Shown piece by piece: positions 35,981 to 45,887 of a stretch of 64,000 nucleotides of DNA. A program made the translations under genes and the position numbers. The notes below the pieces were generated by a model. It was not told where the DNA came from. It saw only the letters and a list, made by a program, of their open reading frames with translations, and did no database searches. The DNA lies in IMG/VR virus record IMGVR_UViG_3300042934_000594, positions 1-64,000 of that record, one strand, 5' to 3'. Each line of letters opens with the position of its first letter. The first letter of the stretch is position 1.

Positions 35981-36526
35981 ATGAATTACGCTTTATTGGA
36001 CCGTGTGTTGAACACACTGATCACCAGCCAGGCTAATAACACCGAGCCTCAAGAGTACCTCCTGACTGAAGATGCCATCCCTGTCAGCATCAACGACCTA
36101 CGTGACTTGGTTGCCCTGCGTGACAGCACCTACACGTTGTTCCAAGGGACTTTGGGTCTAGGGCAGGCCTTGGTCAATGTGTTCTGGACTGAGGGGGAGA
36201 ACCCGACCGACTACCCGCTGGAAGGCAGTGTGCCAATCCTTAGCTGCGGGATGTACGATGGGGTGTTCGTAATGGACCTGCAATACCGACCACCTGGAAA
36301 CGGTGCGTTGCAGGACATCCATACTTCCCATGTGGAGGTGACCCAAGCACAACGTCTGCACGTGCTGCGCATTCTGGGTGGTGTGTGCCCTAAGGCCCGG
36401 GAACTCAAGAAGGCCGGGTGGATGCAAGACTTCAATGTGTCCGTCACCAACGACGGTTCGACCATGCGTCTGAACGGTGAGACGTTCATTCACCAGATCT
36501 GCGAGGAACGGCTGGGTAAAAGCTAA
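35981..36526 (+). CDS. hypothetical protein
   Basis: GAGG RBS. Confidence 0.75.
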   Translation: MNYALLDRVLNTLITSQANNTEPQEYLLTEDAIPVSINDLRDLVALRDSTYTLFQGTLGLGQALVNVFWTEGENPTDYPLEGSVPILSCGMYDGVFVMDLQYRPPGNGALQDIHTSHVEVTQAQRLHVLRILGGVCPKARELKKAGWMQDFNVSVTNDGSTMRLNGETFIHQICEERLGKS

Positions 36527-36559
36527 CTCTATGTAACTCCCTGCCTAACGAGGACTGGC

Positions 36560-36931
36560 ATGAAAACTCAACACGTGTACGCCAAAATTGCCGCCGCCCT
36601 GTGGGTGACGTTTCTGCAACAAGAAATCCCCACCAGTGAACCGGCTGAGCTGAAGATGTTGACAGTCACCCTGAAGGATCAGATGTTGACGGTGGACGTT
36701 AAGACCCGTCGTGAAACCGACCCTACCCAGTCCGACTACACCTTCACCTATCCCGTGGGTGAAACCAGTCGTCGTGAAGTGGTGATCCAACTGTTGAGCC
36801 AGATCCTGGAAGAGCTGGACGATGTCCCGCAAGACTTGCTGGACCGCAACTTCGTACTCACCGTCAAGGTTTCCCCACAGGAAATCTCCGACATTGACCT
36901 GACTCATACCGAACCTGGATCCGATGACTAA
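36560..36931 (+). CDS. hypothetical protein
   Basis: GAGGA RBS; preceded by TATGTAAC (36530-36537). Confidence 0.75.
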   Translation: MKTQHVYAKIAAALWVTFLQQEIPTSEPAELKMLTVTLKDQMLTVDVKTRRETDPTQSDYTFTYPVGETSRREVVIQLLSQILEELDDVPQDLLDRNFVLTVKVSPQEISDIDLTHTEPGSDD

Positions 36932-37430
36932 GCTCTGTGTGATTGTAGCGGTTTCTGAAAACCACGTCATTGGTCGCAATGGCAAACTCCCCTGGCACTT
37001 TCCTGAAGACCTTAAGCACTTTAAGGACGTGACCATGGGTTGCCCGGTGATCATGGGACGTAACACCTTCGAAGACATCGGACGGCCATTGCCCGGTCGC
37101 AAGAACATCGTGGTCACCAGTCGTCCACTGGAACACGAGCATCCTGACCTGGTACGCGTGGCCTCGTTGCCTGAGGCCATGGCGCTGGTACAGAGCAGTC
37201 GGGCGGCTAAAGCGTTCTTCATTGGTGGTGAACGGATCTTCCGGGACGGTCTGCGCTGGGCGACGGAAGTTTACTTGACGCGAGTGACGGGTAAATTTGA
37301 CGGTGATCGTTTCCTGGACCTGTCGAACTTGCGCGAAACCTTTCGCCGGGTGGAGTCCACGTTTGTGATTTCTGAATCACCCCGAAACCCTGGGATGGTT
37401 GGGCACTTCGAACGCTGGGTTCGGCATTGA
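36924..37430 (+). CDS. folA: dihydrofolate reductase
   Basis: VIG.NGKLPWH.PEDLKHFK..T, IMGR.TF, RPLP.RKNIVVTS, IGG. Confidence 0.96.
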   Translation: MTKLCVIVAVSENHVIGRNGKLPWHFPEDLKHFKDVTMGCPVIMGRNTFEDIGRPLPGRKNIVVTSRPLEHEHPDLVRVASLPEAMALVQSSRAAKAFFIGGERIFRDGLRWATEVYLTRVTGKFDGDRFLDLSNLRETFRRVESTFVISESPRNPGMVGHFERWVRH

Positions 37431-37435
37431 TGTAG

Positions 37436-37463
37436 AGCCCCCTGCTTCGGCAGGGGCTTTATG
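37436..37463 (+). terminator. UUCG hairpin terminator
   Basis: agccccctgc-ttcg-gcaggggct-ttatg. Confidence 0.65.
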
Positions 37464-37507
37464 TTGTTTATCCTCTGAGCACCACGTTCGGGCTCAGGGG
37501 AGGGTAC

Positions 37508-38008
37508 ATGAGTAGTTTTACGCGGTTTGATGCACGGCTGTTAACCAGCTATGACCCCCATGCCAGTGCAATCCTGGGTAAGGATTACTGGTTGGTGGAG
37601 TTGGGCTTTCGTTACTACCTGGGGGACAAAGACTCCACCAAGTGGGTCGATATCCCTAAGTACTTTTTGACCGATGGGGCCTCAGTCCCACGTTTTCTGT
37701 GGAACCTGATCCCACCATGGGGTATCTACGGCCAAGCGGCTGTGGTACACGACTGGTTGTGCGAACACCTGTACATTTGTGAGCAGGTGGCGGATGGGAC
37801 GATCGTGCACACGCCGATTACCCGCAAGCAGTGCGACCAGATCCTCTACGAAGCCATGCAGGTGCTGGGCGTGCCTAAGCTGAACCTGTATGTCATTCAA
37901 GCGGGTGTGAACCTGTACCGCATGGTGGCGAACCCACAGAAGCCAGTCGTGGCGCAAGCCAAGCTGGATCTGGAAGCGACCTACGTCAAACAAGAACTGG
38001 CTGCCTGA
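37508..38008 (+). CDS. DUF1353 family protein
   Basis: IP..F.TDGASVP, AAVVHDWL, R...D.IL.EAM. Confidence 0.85.
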   Translation: MSSFTRFDARLLTSYDPHASAILGKDYWLVELGFRYYLGDKDSTKWVDIPKYFLTDGASVPRFLWNLIPPWGIYGQAAVVHDWLCEHLYICEQVADGTIVHTPITRKQCDQILYEAMQVLGVPKLNLYVIQAGVNLYRMVANPQKPVVAQAKLDLEATYVKQELAA

Positions 38009-38011
38009 GGC

Positions 38012-38046
38012 GGCATAGGCCCCTCCCGTAGGAGGGGCGCTATGTC
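38012..38046. terminator. bidirectional GCCCCTCC-family hairpin
   Basis: ggcatag-gcccctcc-cgta-ggaggggc-gctatgtc between convergent genes. Confidence 0.7.
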
Positions 38047-38048
38047 CT

Positions 38049-40214
38049 TTATGCTGCGTAGCGCATAGGACTGCCGTGTCCCAGACGTTTGGTACGCAGT
38101 TTACGCAGACGGTCGTTGTGTGCCTGTTGCAGCATGGCATCGATACCGACACCCCCTGACTCAGTCACATCCACCACCTGCGACAAGCGACGCAGTTTCA
38201 TCTCCAAGCGTGCAACCGACATCATGTCCTTGCAGCTCTTGAGTTCTTCCAGTGCTTCGTCGAACTCAGCACGTTGACGGGCAGTGCGCTGTTCACGGTA
38301 GATGTCCAGCTGACTCATTTCCTCTTCACGGCGCAAGGCCTTGGCGAAGATGCGTTGCGAGTCAATCCCGTAGTAGTCCAGGTTCTTGGACAAGATGCAG
38401 AACCAGTGCGCCAACAGGAAGCTGACCACCATGTCATCGTGGTTACCGCTGGAGTGATCCAGACGACCGTTCTTGATCGTGAGCGACAACAGCTCATTGA
38501 TCAGGATGTTGTCGTGCACCCGCTTGACCCCGTATTCCAACATCGACTTAAACGCAGTATTGAACAACGCATCGCGCGAATGGCCCCCACTCGACGAGGT
38601 GTTGAACCCAAAGTGACGTTTGAAGCGATCGTAGAAGTAGGGCTGTCGTTGGTTAACCGGCAACTGGATTTCACGGAACTCCGTTGCAAACTCTTCCCGA
38701 CTGTCCACGATGCGGTTGTACAAACGCTTGAACGGGTCAACCCCGGCTTTGGTCAGCTGAATGATCAGCATGTCCAAGATCGAGATGCCTGAGGACTTGC
38801 GTTCAATCACCAGCGTGGTGCGTGGGTAACGCAGCAGGAAGTTACCGATGAACTGCGCCAGTACCGGCAGACTCGTTTCGTTGTAGCGACCGGTTGCCAG
38901 CACATCGTGCGTTTCGGTGTCGATCATCACAAAACCGGTGGCGTCGTTGTCTTTGCCCAGGGCTTCGGAGGGGTCGATACCAATGACGCAGGTGGAGCGG
39001 GCCATCCGCTCAGCGATGTCCAGCTTACCGATGTACCAGCGCACGATGTAGCCTTCAGGCGAGATCTCGGTGTACTCAGGCTCACGCTCCGATTCCTTGA
39101 TCATGCGCTTCTCATCAGGCCCCAACGGCCCGCCTTCGGTACCGGCAGTCCAGATGTTGAAGTAGTCGCGGTCGGCCAGTTCCCCCGTGGAGGCGGTTTC
39201 ACGCAGTTCCTGGTAGAGCCATTCATCCGTCTTACCCAACTGACGGTGGTTAAACGGCCCATAGATCAACGGCTTACTGCCCGAGTTCTTCTCGATGACC
39301 CGTTTGAGGGCGGCCTGGTTAGGCTGATCGAAGTAATGCTCGGTCCACGGTGCGCCGCCTGTCATGAACTGGTAGGCGTACTGACCGTCACGGCTGTTGA
39401 TCGAGCCTGCCGTTGTGGTGAAGATGTTACCGTAAGGCTGGCCAGCGTTCTTGGCTTCCAGACGCGCAGCAGAACCCGACGACAGGGCTACAGGCAACGA
39501 GGCGGCGATCCAGTTGATGTACGACAGCTCGTCGAACTGCATGATCGGTACGGTCAAACCACGACCGAGTTTGTCCGCTTCTTTCTTGTCGTTACGACCC
39601 ACGGCCGTCTTGTACTTGTTGCCCAAGCGGATGCAGGTGATCAGCTCCTGGTTATCGGCGTCCAGGGCGTTCTTGCGGTACAAGTAATCAGGCAGCAAGT
39701 CACGCATGTCTTTCAAGCGGTCAACGTTGGAGTTGCGCAGCTTGATGTCCTTGGTGATCAGAACGATGTCGGTGTTCTCACACCAGATGTGCATCAACCC
39801 GTTCATCAGGACGTCAGTGGATGCTGACTTACCTGTTTGACGGGGCTGGAGCAACCCGAAGTCGACGTGGTTGAAGAAACTCCAATACAGTGCGATGTTT
39901 CCGCGGTTGGCTCGGAAACGGATCGGCACGGTACCGGCGTTCGGAGGTAGGCGCGCCACTTCACGAAAGAAGTACCAGGGGTTGTACTTACATTCCCGGG
40001 AAATCATGAACTGCTGTTCCATCGTCAGGTTCGGGTCAAATGGATCGACCCCACTGAGTTCAGGCTGATACAGCGCCAAGATAAATTCACAGTTTTCAAT
40101 GCCTTGCTTTTTGTACAGGGCCACTGTACGCAGGAAGGACTTGTTCGTGGTGTTGTAGTCCACCACCGCGGTTGGGAACTTAGCCCAGTCCGACTTAAAC
40201 AGAATCATGTCCAT
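38049..40214 (-). CDS. terL: terminase large subunit (phiKZ gp25-like)
   Basis: Walker A PRQTGKS, Walker B MQFDE, nuclease IGIDP and HDD motifs; 721 aa. Confidence 0.93.
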   Translation of the reverse strand: MDMILFKSDWAKFPTAVVDYNTTNKSFLRTVALYKKQGIENCEFILALYQPELSGVDPFDPNLTMEQQFMISRECKYNPWYFFREVARLPPNAGTVPIRFRANRGNIALYWSFFNHVDFGLLQPRQTGKSASTDVLMNGLMHIWCENTDIVLITKDIKLRNSNVDRLKDMRDLLPDYLYRKNALDADNQELITCIRLGNKYKTAVGRNDKKEADKLGRGLTVPIMQFDELSYINWIAASLPVALSSGSAARLEAKNAGQPYGNIFTTTAGSINSRDGQYAYQFMTGGAPWTEHYFDQPNQAALKRVIEKNSGSKPLIYGPFNHRQLGKTDEWLYQELRETASTGELADRDYFNIWTAGTEGGPLGPDEKRMIKESEREPEYTEISPEGYIVRWYIGKLDIAERMARSTCVIGIDPSEALGKDNDATGFVMIDTETHDVLATGRYNETSLPVLAQFIGNFLLRYPRTTLVIERKSSGISILDMLIIQLTKAGVDPFKRLYNRIVDSREEFATEFREIQLPVNQRQPYFYDRFKRHFGFNTSSSGGHSRDALFNTAFKSMLEYGVKRVHDNILINELLSLTIKNGRLDHSSGNHDDMVVSFLLAHWFCILSKNLDYYGIDSQRIFAKALRREEEMSQLDIYREQRTARQRAEFDEALEELKSCKDMMSVARLEMKLRRLSQVVDVTESGGVGIDAMLQQAHNDRLRKLRTKRLGHGSPMRYAA

Positions 40215-40304
40215 GTGTTATTCCTTAGGCGCTATAAAAGAAAGATGACGAAATACGCCTGTATCCACAGCATTAGTGCATATTTAGGTAACGAAAAACT
40301 CTAG

Positions 40305-40317
40305 AGACCTATATAAC
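40305..40317 (+). promoter_or_regulatory. candidate early promoter (AGACCTATATAAC)
   Basis: Motif family member at the start of the + strand accessory block. Confidence 0.45.
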
Positions 40318-40371
40318 ACAGGGGACAGCTACACAATGGTCGTAACTTTTATACCCTCATTCGGAGGCTAG

Positions 40372-40644
40372 ATGGAAACTATTTCGCTTCGAGGCCGTTT
40401 TCAAAAAGGTCATCGTATCAACGAAGGGCGCATCCATACACCAGAACACCGTGAGGCCACGCGGCAAGCGGCATTGCGACGCTCTACCAAGGTCTACCGT
40501 AAGTTGAGTGTGTCGGGTGTGGTCTACCCTAACTTGACGCAAGCGGCTAAAGCGACTGGAATCAGCGCACGAGCACTGGGTATGTATGCCCGTTCCGACA
40601 ACAACATCTTTAAACACATTTTCTTTATCGAGCCGGAGAACTGA
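40372..40644 (+). CDS. NUMOD3/NUMOD1-type DNA-binding protein lacking a nuclease domain
   Basis: GRIHTPEHRE (NUMOD3-like) and GVVYPNLTQAAKATGIS (NUMOD1/HTH-like). Confidence 0.6.
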   Translation: METISLRGRFQKGHRINEGRIHTPEHREATRQAALRRSTKVYRKLSVSGVVYPNLTQAAKATGISARALGMYARSDNNIFKHIFFIEPEN

Positions 40645-40646
40645 AC

Positions 40647-41054
40647 ATGCCATGCGTCTCTTCCCACATGGAACCCACCGCTACAGAGAAGCACATTCAA
40701 CGTACCGCCAAGTTGTTTGTGTACCTCTACACCAAACTGGCGCTGGAGATTCCGGCACCCATCGCGGCAGCGGCTAAAGACATGTACGCTTCGAGCCGTG
40801 ACATTGAGCCTGCCCTGTGCAAAGCAATGCAAGCGCTCAAGGACACCAACGAAACAGCCTTTGACACCATCGTGTACGACGGACGCATTCCAGAAGCACG
40901 TGACCTGGCTGCCTGGTGGCAAGCACACGAAACGGCCGATCAGCAGCGCGAGCAAAGTCTGTCCGTGCTGGAGACAGCGGTGAAGAAATTGAACCGTGCT
41001 GAAGCGGATGCGTTGGGCCATCGTTCCCTGTGGGATCGCCTCAATAAGGAGTAA
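40647..41054 (+). CDS. conserved phage hypothetical protein (MPC / LC / WW..H..AD..R motif)
   Basis: Motif recalled from phage proteins; GGAG RBS. Confidence 0.75.
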   Translation: MPCVSSHMEPTATEKHIQRTAKLFVYLYTKLALEIPAPIAAAAKDMYASSRDIEPALCKAMQALKDTNETAFDTIVYDGRIPEARDLAAWWQAHETADQQREQSLSVLETAVKKLNRAEADALGHRSLWDRLNKE

Positions 41055-41056
41055 GT

Positions 41057-41788
41057 ATGTTTCGTCGTCTGGTCGTAGAACAACGCCACCCCATGCAACG
41101 CGAAGAGGCGTTGTTGGTGGCCCATGCAGAAACCCTGGGTATCCCTGTTGAAGGGGTGTACCTCAAACACATGTCGCGTGGTTTCGTACGACCGGGCTCT
41201 GCGGATCTAGTGGCGGGAACGATCCAGTTCATGCAACACGCCGTGCGCCAGTATGGCAAAGAACTGGCTGAGCACACGCCATACCCCGAGTGCCTGAAAC
41301 CTTTCATGCACCGTAAGACTTGGCAACTGGACACCTTGGCTCAAGCCAAGGCCATGCTCGACAGCGGTCGCAAGTTCTTCATCAAGCCTGTGCACTGGAA
41401 AGTGTTCACCGGCTTTGTGGCTGAATACAGCGATGACTTTCGTTTCAACGGGGTGTCTAACCAGACGCCTGTGTATTTGTCTGAGGTCGTAGAGTTCATC
41501 GCCGAGTACCGAGCCTACGTGGCCCATGGTGAAGTCTTGACCGTGGAGTTTGCGGGAGGGGATGAACGCTGCGGAATGATTCCTCATCCTACCATCTTTG
41601 AAGCGGTGAAGATCCTGACGCAACACGGTGTGCCTGCGGGCTACGCCATTGACTTCGGGATCCTGACCACCGGCCAAACGGCACTGGTGGAACTCAACGA
41701 TGGTTTCTCCATCGGGGCTTACGGCAACATCACCGCCGAGCAATATTGGAAAGTGATCGCAGCACGCTGGCCAGAACTCATTAAATAG
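41057..41788 (+). CDS. ATP-grasp domain protein (DUF4343 / R2K-like)
   Basis: FIKP...K.FTG, SEVV....EYR.YV, AIDFG, LVELND. Confidence 0.8.
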   Translation: MFRRLVVEQRHPMQREEALLVAHAETLGIPVEGVYLKHMSRGFVRPGSADLVAGTIQFMQHAVRQYGKELAEHTPYPECLKPFMHRKTWQLDTLAQAKAMLDSGRKFFIKPVHWKVFTGFVAEYSDDFRFNGVSNQTPVYLSEVVEFIAEYRAYVAHGEVLTVEFAGGDERCGMIPHPTIFEAVKILTQHGVPAGYAIDFGILTTGQTALVELNDGFSIGAYGNITAEQYWKVIAARWPELIK

Positions 41789-41801
41789 ATTCGAGGTTTG
41801 C

Positions 41802-42182
41802 ATGGCCACACCCTTTCTGGACGAACTGGCAGCACTGTACATGGGGGTGTCTTCGGTCACCCCCGAGTGTCTGATCACCTTCCGTCCTAGGCAACAACCT
41901 GCCAACAATGAATACGCCCTGAAGGCCTTTACGGCTGACGGGGGTCACATGAAACTGGACGGCTACAGTTACTACACCCAGGTTAAGGGGACGTTGGTAC
42001 TGGTGCTGTCCCGCGACTCCCTGCGGCGCAATAACCATCTGGAGATAGCCTTCTACCTACACCGCAAAGGCGGTTGGTTAATGGACTACCCCAGTGCGTT
42101 GCGTTCCACGGACTTACCTCGGGAAGACTTTGAAATCTTCCAGAACCTGTTGTTAACGTTTCAGCGCAGCATGGTGCCTTAG
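41802..42182 (+). CDS. hypothetical protein
   Basis: GAGG RBS. Confidence 0.7.
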   Translation: MATPFLDELAALYMGVSSVTPECLITFRPRQQPANNEYALKAFTADGGHMKLDGYSYYTQVKGTLVLVLSRDSLRRNNHLEIAFYLHRKGGWLMDYPSALRSTDLPREDFEIFQNLLLTFQRSMVP

Positions 42183-42215
42183 GGCACCGTTCCATACCCT
42201 TCGAGGAGCAACACT

Positions 42216-43991
42216 ATGGCAGAAGAGAAACCCGTCATCGTCAGCGGTGACTATTATACCGCGTTGGAGAAAGCAGCCCCAGGACGGCATATTCGTCCTG
42301 AAGGGACCGCTGGCGAAGTCCACGTCACAGAGCGTAGTATTCCGATGCGCTCTCAAGGGGAAAGCGAGACCCGGCTTCCGCTGGGTAACGATGTCATCAT
42401 CAACAACATCCCAACCTTCAATCGCATGAACCACGGGCGTTTGCTGGAGAAACACCTGACAGAAATGGGGGGTTACAAGAATCAACCCAAGAACAACCCT
42501 GACGGCCGAGGGATGATCAATCCGTTTGACAGCTTTGCTGACCGCACGGGTCTGCTGCCTTCGCCTGAAGGAGACGAAGATCCAGAAGAAGAAGCGCTGA
42601 TGGCTGCATCACCTCTGTACAACCAGAAGTTTGTCGACATCCGCGACGTCATGGCGCAACTGCGTGACGAGCAGCCTGAAGGGTGGGAGCAGCAAGTAGC
42701 TGAGATGCAAGACTACCTGGACAACGTCCAGAAGCGCTTCTTTCCCCAAGAAGAACCCATTGACATGGAGGTACTGGCGCAGAAAGTGGCAGACGGGGAA
42801 CGACTGACCCCCTTGGAACACCGCGCTTACATCGAGCACATCTTGCAGGCGAATGAACTGACGTCAGCCGGTAAAACCCTGCTGACCGCAGCCACCCCAC
42901 TGTCGGACACGGAGTACGTGAACCGCAAGCTGCAATTGGGTGGCGTCCCGGAAGAAGAGACTTTAAGTTCTGCGCAGGAGAAGAAAGAACGGCGTAAGCT
43001 GGCCAATCGCGAACGCAAGATTGAAGCACGCATGGCTCAGGGCATGTCTCGTGAAGAGGCTGAGCGCAGCCTGGATTACAACTCCACTGCACTTAAGGAC
43101 AACTTGGCCCTCCAGCGCGATCTGGCGTTTGATAACGATCTGTTTAACCGGCGTTACGCCAGTCCGTTGCTCAAGGCACAGGCGTACGAGGAGCACATCG
43201 AAAGCATCCTGGAGACCAAGCCCTTTGGTTGGGAGCAGCGGATCATCACCTTGCGTAAGCAGCAGGCGGAGTTGTTAGCCCCTGTAGCCCCTGTGGTCGC
43301 CGTAGAGCCGCCCCCACCGCCACCGGTACTGGACTTCAGCACTGAAGACCTGGAATTGCCTGAGCGCTTTATCATCAAGGATCTGGAAGGCTTTAAGTTT
43401 GAGCCAGACACAAAGTTTGATGGGCTGCGCTTGCCGTACGAGTCGTGCTTGTTTGTGTTGGGTGAAGAACCGTTGCGTGCGGTGGTCTTGGCCACTCAGG
43501 AAGACGAAGACGTCATCAGTCTGAAATTGCTGTCCGAACAAAAGGCTGAATTGCCGTGGCACTCGATGGCCACGCTTTATGTCCGTCTGAACGGTAGCCG
43601 GGCTCGGCTTAAATGGGCTAACACCAAACGCACGCTGGACAAGCGTTTGGGCATGGTGTCGTCGGTCTTGGCGTTTCTGGCCGGTGAGCAGATCGGTGAC
43701 GTGGAAATCGAAACCGTGATCAACGCACCGATGGGTCGTGAGATCCCTCCACCGAAACCTGGCTACAGCTACAGCGTGGTCAGCATTGTTCACGAGCAAC
43801 GCAAAGCCAAGCGTCGGGACTGGCAGGGCGGTACGCATGCCTCACCACGGGAACACAAACGCAAAGGTCACTGGTGGCCGGGTAAGAAGGGCCTGATCTG
43901 GCGTCCCGCTACGATCGTTAACAAGGGTGTACTCGGCCGAGTCGAGAAAGAATACCACGTCACTAAACTAGAGGGAGGCCACGATGCCTAA
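42216..43991 (+). CDS. multidomain accessory protein with N-terminal RNAP-beta-like fragment and C-terminal SPREH.R.GHW motif
   Basis: EK..PGRH...DVIIN....NRMNHGRLLEKHL; C-terminal THASPREHKRKGHWW. Confidence 0.8.
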   Translation: MAEEKPVIVSGDYYTALEKAAPGRHIRPEGTAGEVHVTERSIPMRSQGESETRLPLGNDVIINNIPTFNRMNHGRLLEKHLTEMGGYKNQPKNNPDGRGMINPFDSFADRTGLLPSPEGDEDPEEEALMAASPLYNQKFVDIRDVMAQLRDEQPEGWEQQVAEMQDYLDNVQKRFFPQEEPIDMEVLAQKVADGERLTPLEHRAYIEHILQANELTSAGKTLLTAATPLSDTEYVNRKLQLGGVPEEETLSSAQEKKERRKLANRERKIEARMAQGMSREEAERSLDYNSTALKDNLALQRDLAFDNDLFNRRYASPLLKAQAYEEHIESILETKPFGWEQRIITLRKQQAELLAPVAPVVAVEPPPPPPVLDFSTEDLELPERFIIKDLEGFKFEPDTKFDGLRLPYESCLFVLGEEPLRAVVLATQEDEDVISLKLLSEQKAELPWHSMATLYVRLNGSRARLKWANTKRTLDKRLGMVSSVLAFLAGEQIGDVEIETVINAPMGREIPPPKPGYSYSVVSIVHEQRKAKRRDWQGGTHASPREHKRKGHWWPGKKGLIWRPATIVNKGVLGRVEKEYHVTKLEGGHDA

Positions 43992-44724
43992 AGTAGCCAA
44001 GAGTAACCAAGCTTTCAAGATTATCGCCATCAATGTACCCCCTATTGGGGCACCTGAAGATGATACGTACCACCTGATCGGGCAAGAGCTGACTCAGCTC
44101 CTCAGTATCCCTAAAGAAGTCTACGACGTTTGGCAGCCGAAGATTGGTGGTTGGGTGGATTTCGAAAACACCACTCGCGGTTGTCAGCCCGGAGCCTACC
44201 CAGAGGCGATGGCTGTTTACCGTGAAGACCTTCTGCCCAACACCGTGGGGGACTTTGATGGGGACAGTCTGGGGGACCCTCTCAAGAAACCTGTTAACTT
44301 CAGCCGTTTGGACAAACTGTTCGAATACTCCAACGGTCGCAAGGACCCTTCGGTGCTGAACCTGGTTCAATCCATGCGGGTCTTCACCCGCCGGCATGGT
44401 GGTGCTTATGGCGCCATGCTGATCAACAACCGTGATCACGGTAACGATGCGTTCGAGATGATCGCTGAAGACTACGGCCTGAGTCATCACTTGAGCCAAC
44501 GCCCATGGTTCCCCTACCGTGAATCCGACACCGCCACGGGGGCAATCACTGCCCTGATGGACTTCCTCAATAACGAACTGACCCAAGATCGCGAGCAATT
44601 GATCAACTGGTCTGTCAACTGCGCCTTGTTTGAGTACAAGCTCAGTCAAGGCGGTGATGGTTACTACGACATCGCCACCGGCTGGTGCCTGAGCGCCGAA
44701 GAAGCTTACGCCCCACAGAAATAA
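43984..44724 (+). CDS. hypothetical protein
   Basis: GGAGG RBS; overlap. Confidence 0.75.
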   Translation: MPKVAKSNQAFKIIAINVPPIGAPEDDTYHLIGQELTQLLSIPKEVYDVWQPKIGGWVDFENTTRGCQPGAYPEAMAVYREDLLPNTVGDFDGDSLGDPLKKPVNFSRLDKLFEYSNGRKDPSVLNLVQSMRVFTRRHGGAYGAMLINNRDHGNDAFEMIAEDYGLSHHLSQRPWFPYRESDTATGAITALMDFLNNELTQDREQLINWSVNCALFEYKLSQGGDGYYDIATGWCLSAEEAYAPQK

Positions 44725-44767
44725 ACTGAAGTTCCATTTCGTCACTAATACTCATTTGAGGTTTACC

Positions 44768-45190
44768 ATGCGTTTAATCACCCGTAAACAATTCCTGGAA
44801 CTCCCAGAAGACACTGAGGTATTGTATTCGCAGTACCACCCCATCGTGTTTGAAGGTTGGTCGATCAAGACCGGCAATACCGGTCGTAATGACTGGTGCT
44901 ACACCCGCCTGCAACCGGACGACATCGCTAACCGCGGTTCGGACGATCACTGCGACAAACTCTTCAACGCTGAGCGCCTGGTGTTGGACCCTAATCAACC
45001 TGAACTCCCGATGGACTTCGATTGCGGCGAACGTGACGGGTTGTATGAAGCCGACAATACGTTGATCGCGGTCTACTCGGAAGCGGACGTGTTGGCCATG
45101 GCTGAGCGATTGGTACGGCTGTTGCCTAACCACCGCCTGATCGACGCCGACGGTAACGACGTACCACGCCCTCCCATCGATGTCGACTAA
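44768..45190 (+). CDS. conserved phage hypothetical protein
   Basis: GAGG RBS; ITRKQFL.LP..T motif. Confidence 0.75.
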   Translation: MRLITRKQFLELPEDTEVLYSQYHPIVFEGWSIKTGNTGRNDWCYTRLQPDDIANRGSDDHCDKLFNAERLVLDPNQPELPMDFDCGERDGLYEADNTLIAVYSEADVLAMAERLVRLLPNHRLIDADGNDVPRPPIDVD

Positions 45191-45200
45191 GGGGATTCCC

Positions 45201-45860
45201 GTGACTCCTCTTGAACGGCTGTTTCGTAAATACCCTCTCCAGGTAGGTAAGCATTACCGTCACGACGGCAAGCTTCGTCGGAACCAGAAGAAGACCTGCC
45301 CCTGGTTGGGTGAAGAAGTAGAAGTAATCAGGCAGTTGAAATCCGGGCTGTACCAAGTCCGGGTCATCAACTGCCGCTTCTCGTGGTTTGACCCTGAGAC
45401 GACTTACACCCTCCCCAAAAACGAGTTCTTGCCTATTCCGGGTACGGCGTACGATTACCCTGAGGATGTTTCAATGGGTCTGACCCTTAAGCAGGTCACT
45501 GAGAACAGCGATCTGATCTACATCGCCACCAGCGAAGGCATCGGCGCATTGATGCCCCGCAATACCCAGCTGCAACGGGTGCTGATGTTGTTGACAGAAC
45601 CTGGCAACGAGGTCTTCGACAACTACTTCAATTCCACCTGGTTCCCGATGGCACGGGGCGGCAGTGTGGAAGGCAATATGGCAGTGGTTGCGGACAAGGT
45701 CGCCACCTTGAACGAAGACCGCCTGGAAGACTTCGTCAAAGTAATCGTGTCGCATTGGCAAGCTATTGAAGACAACTTCAAATGGCCGCTGGAAGTTGAC
45801 TTTGACGCCGCTGTTAAACGAGAGGGCGAACTGGAACAAACCGTTGACCGCCTGCAATAA
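45201..45860 (+). CDS. hypothetical protein, SH3-like N-terminus
   Basis: AAGGGG RBS, GTG start. Confidence 0.7.
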   Translation: MTPLERLFRKYPLQVGKHYRHDGKLRRNQKKTCPWLGEEVEVIRQLKSGLYQVRVINCRFSWFDPETTYTLPKNEFLPIPGTAYDYPEDVSMGLTLKQVTENSDLIYIATSEGIGALMPRNTQLQRVLMLLTEPGNEVFDNYFNSTWFPMARGGSVEGNMAVVADKVATLNEDRLEDFVKVIVSHWQAIEDNFKWPLEVDFDAAVKREGELEQTVDRLQ

Positions 45861-45887
45861 CACCCACACCTAACGAGGAGCAACACC

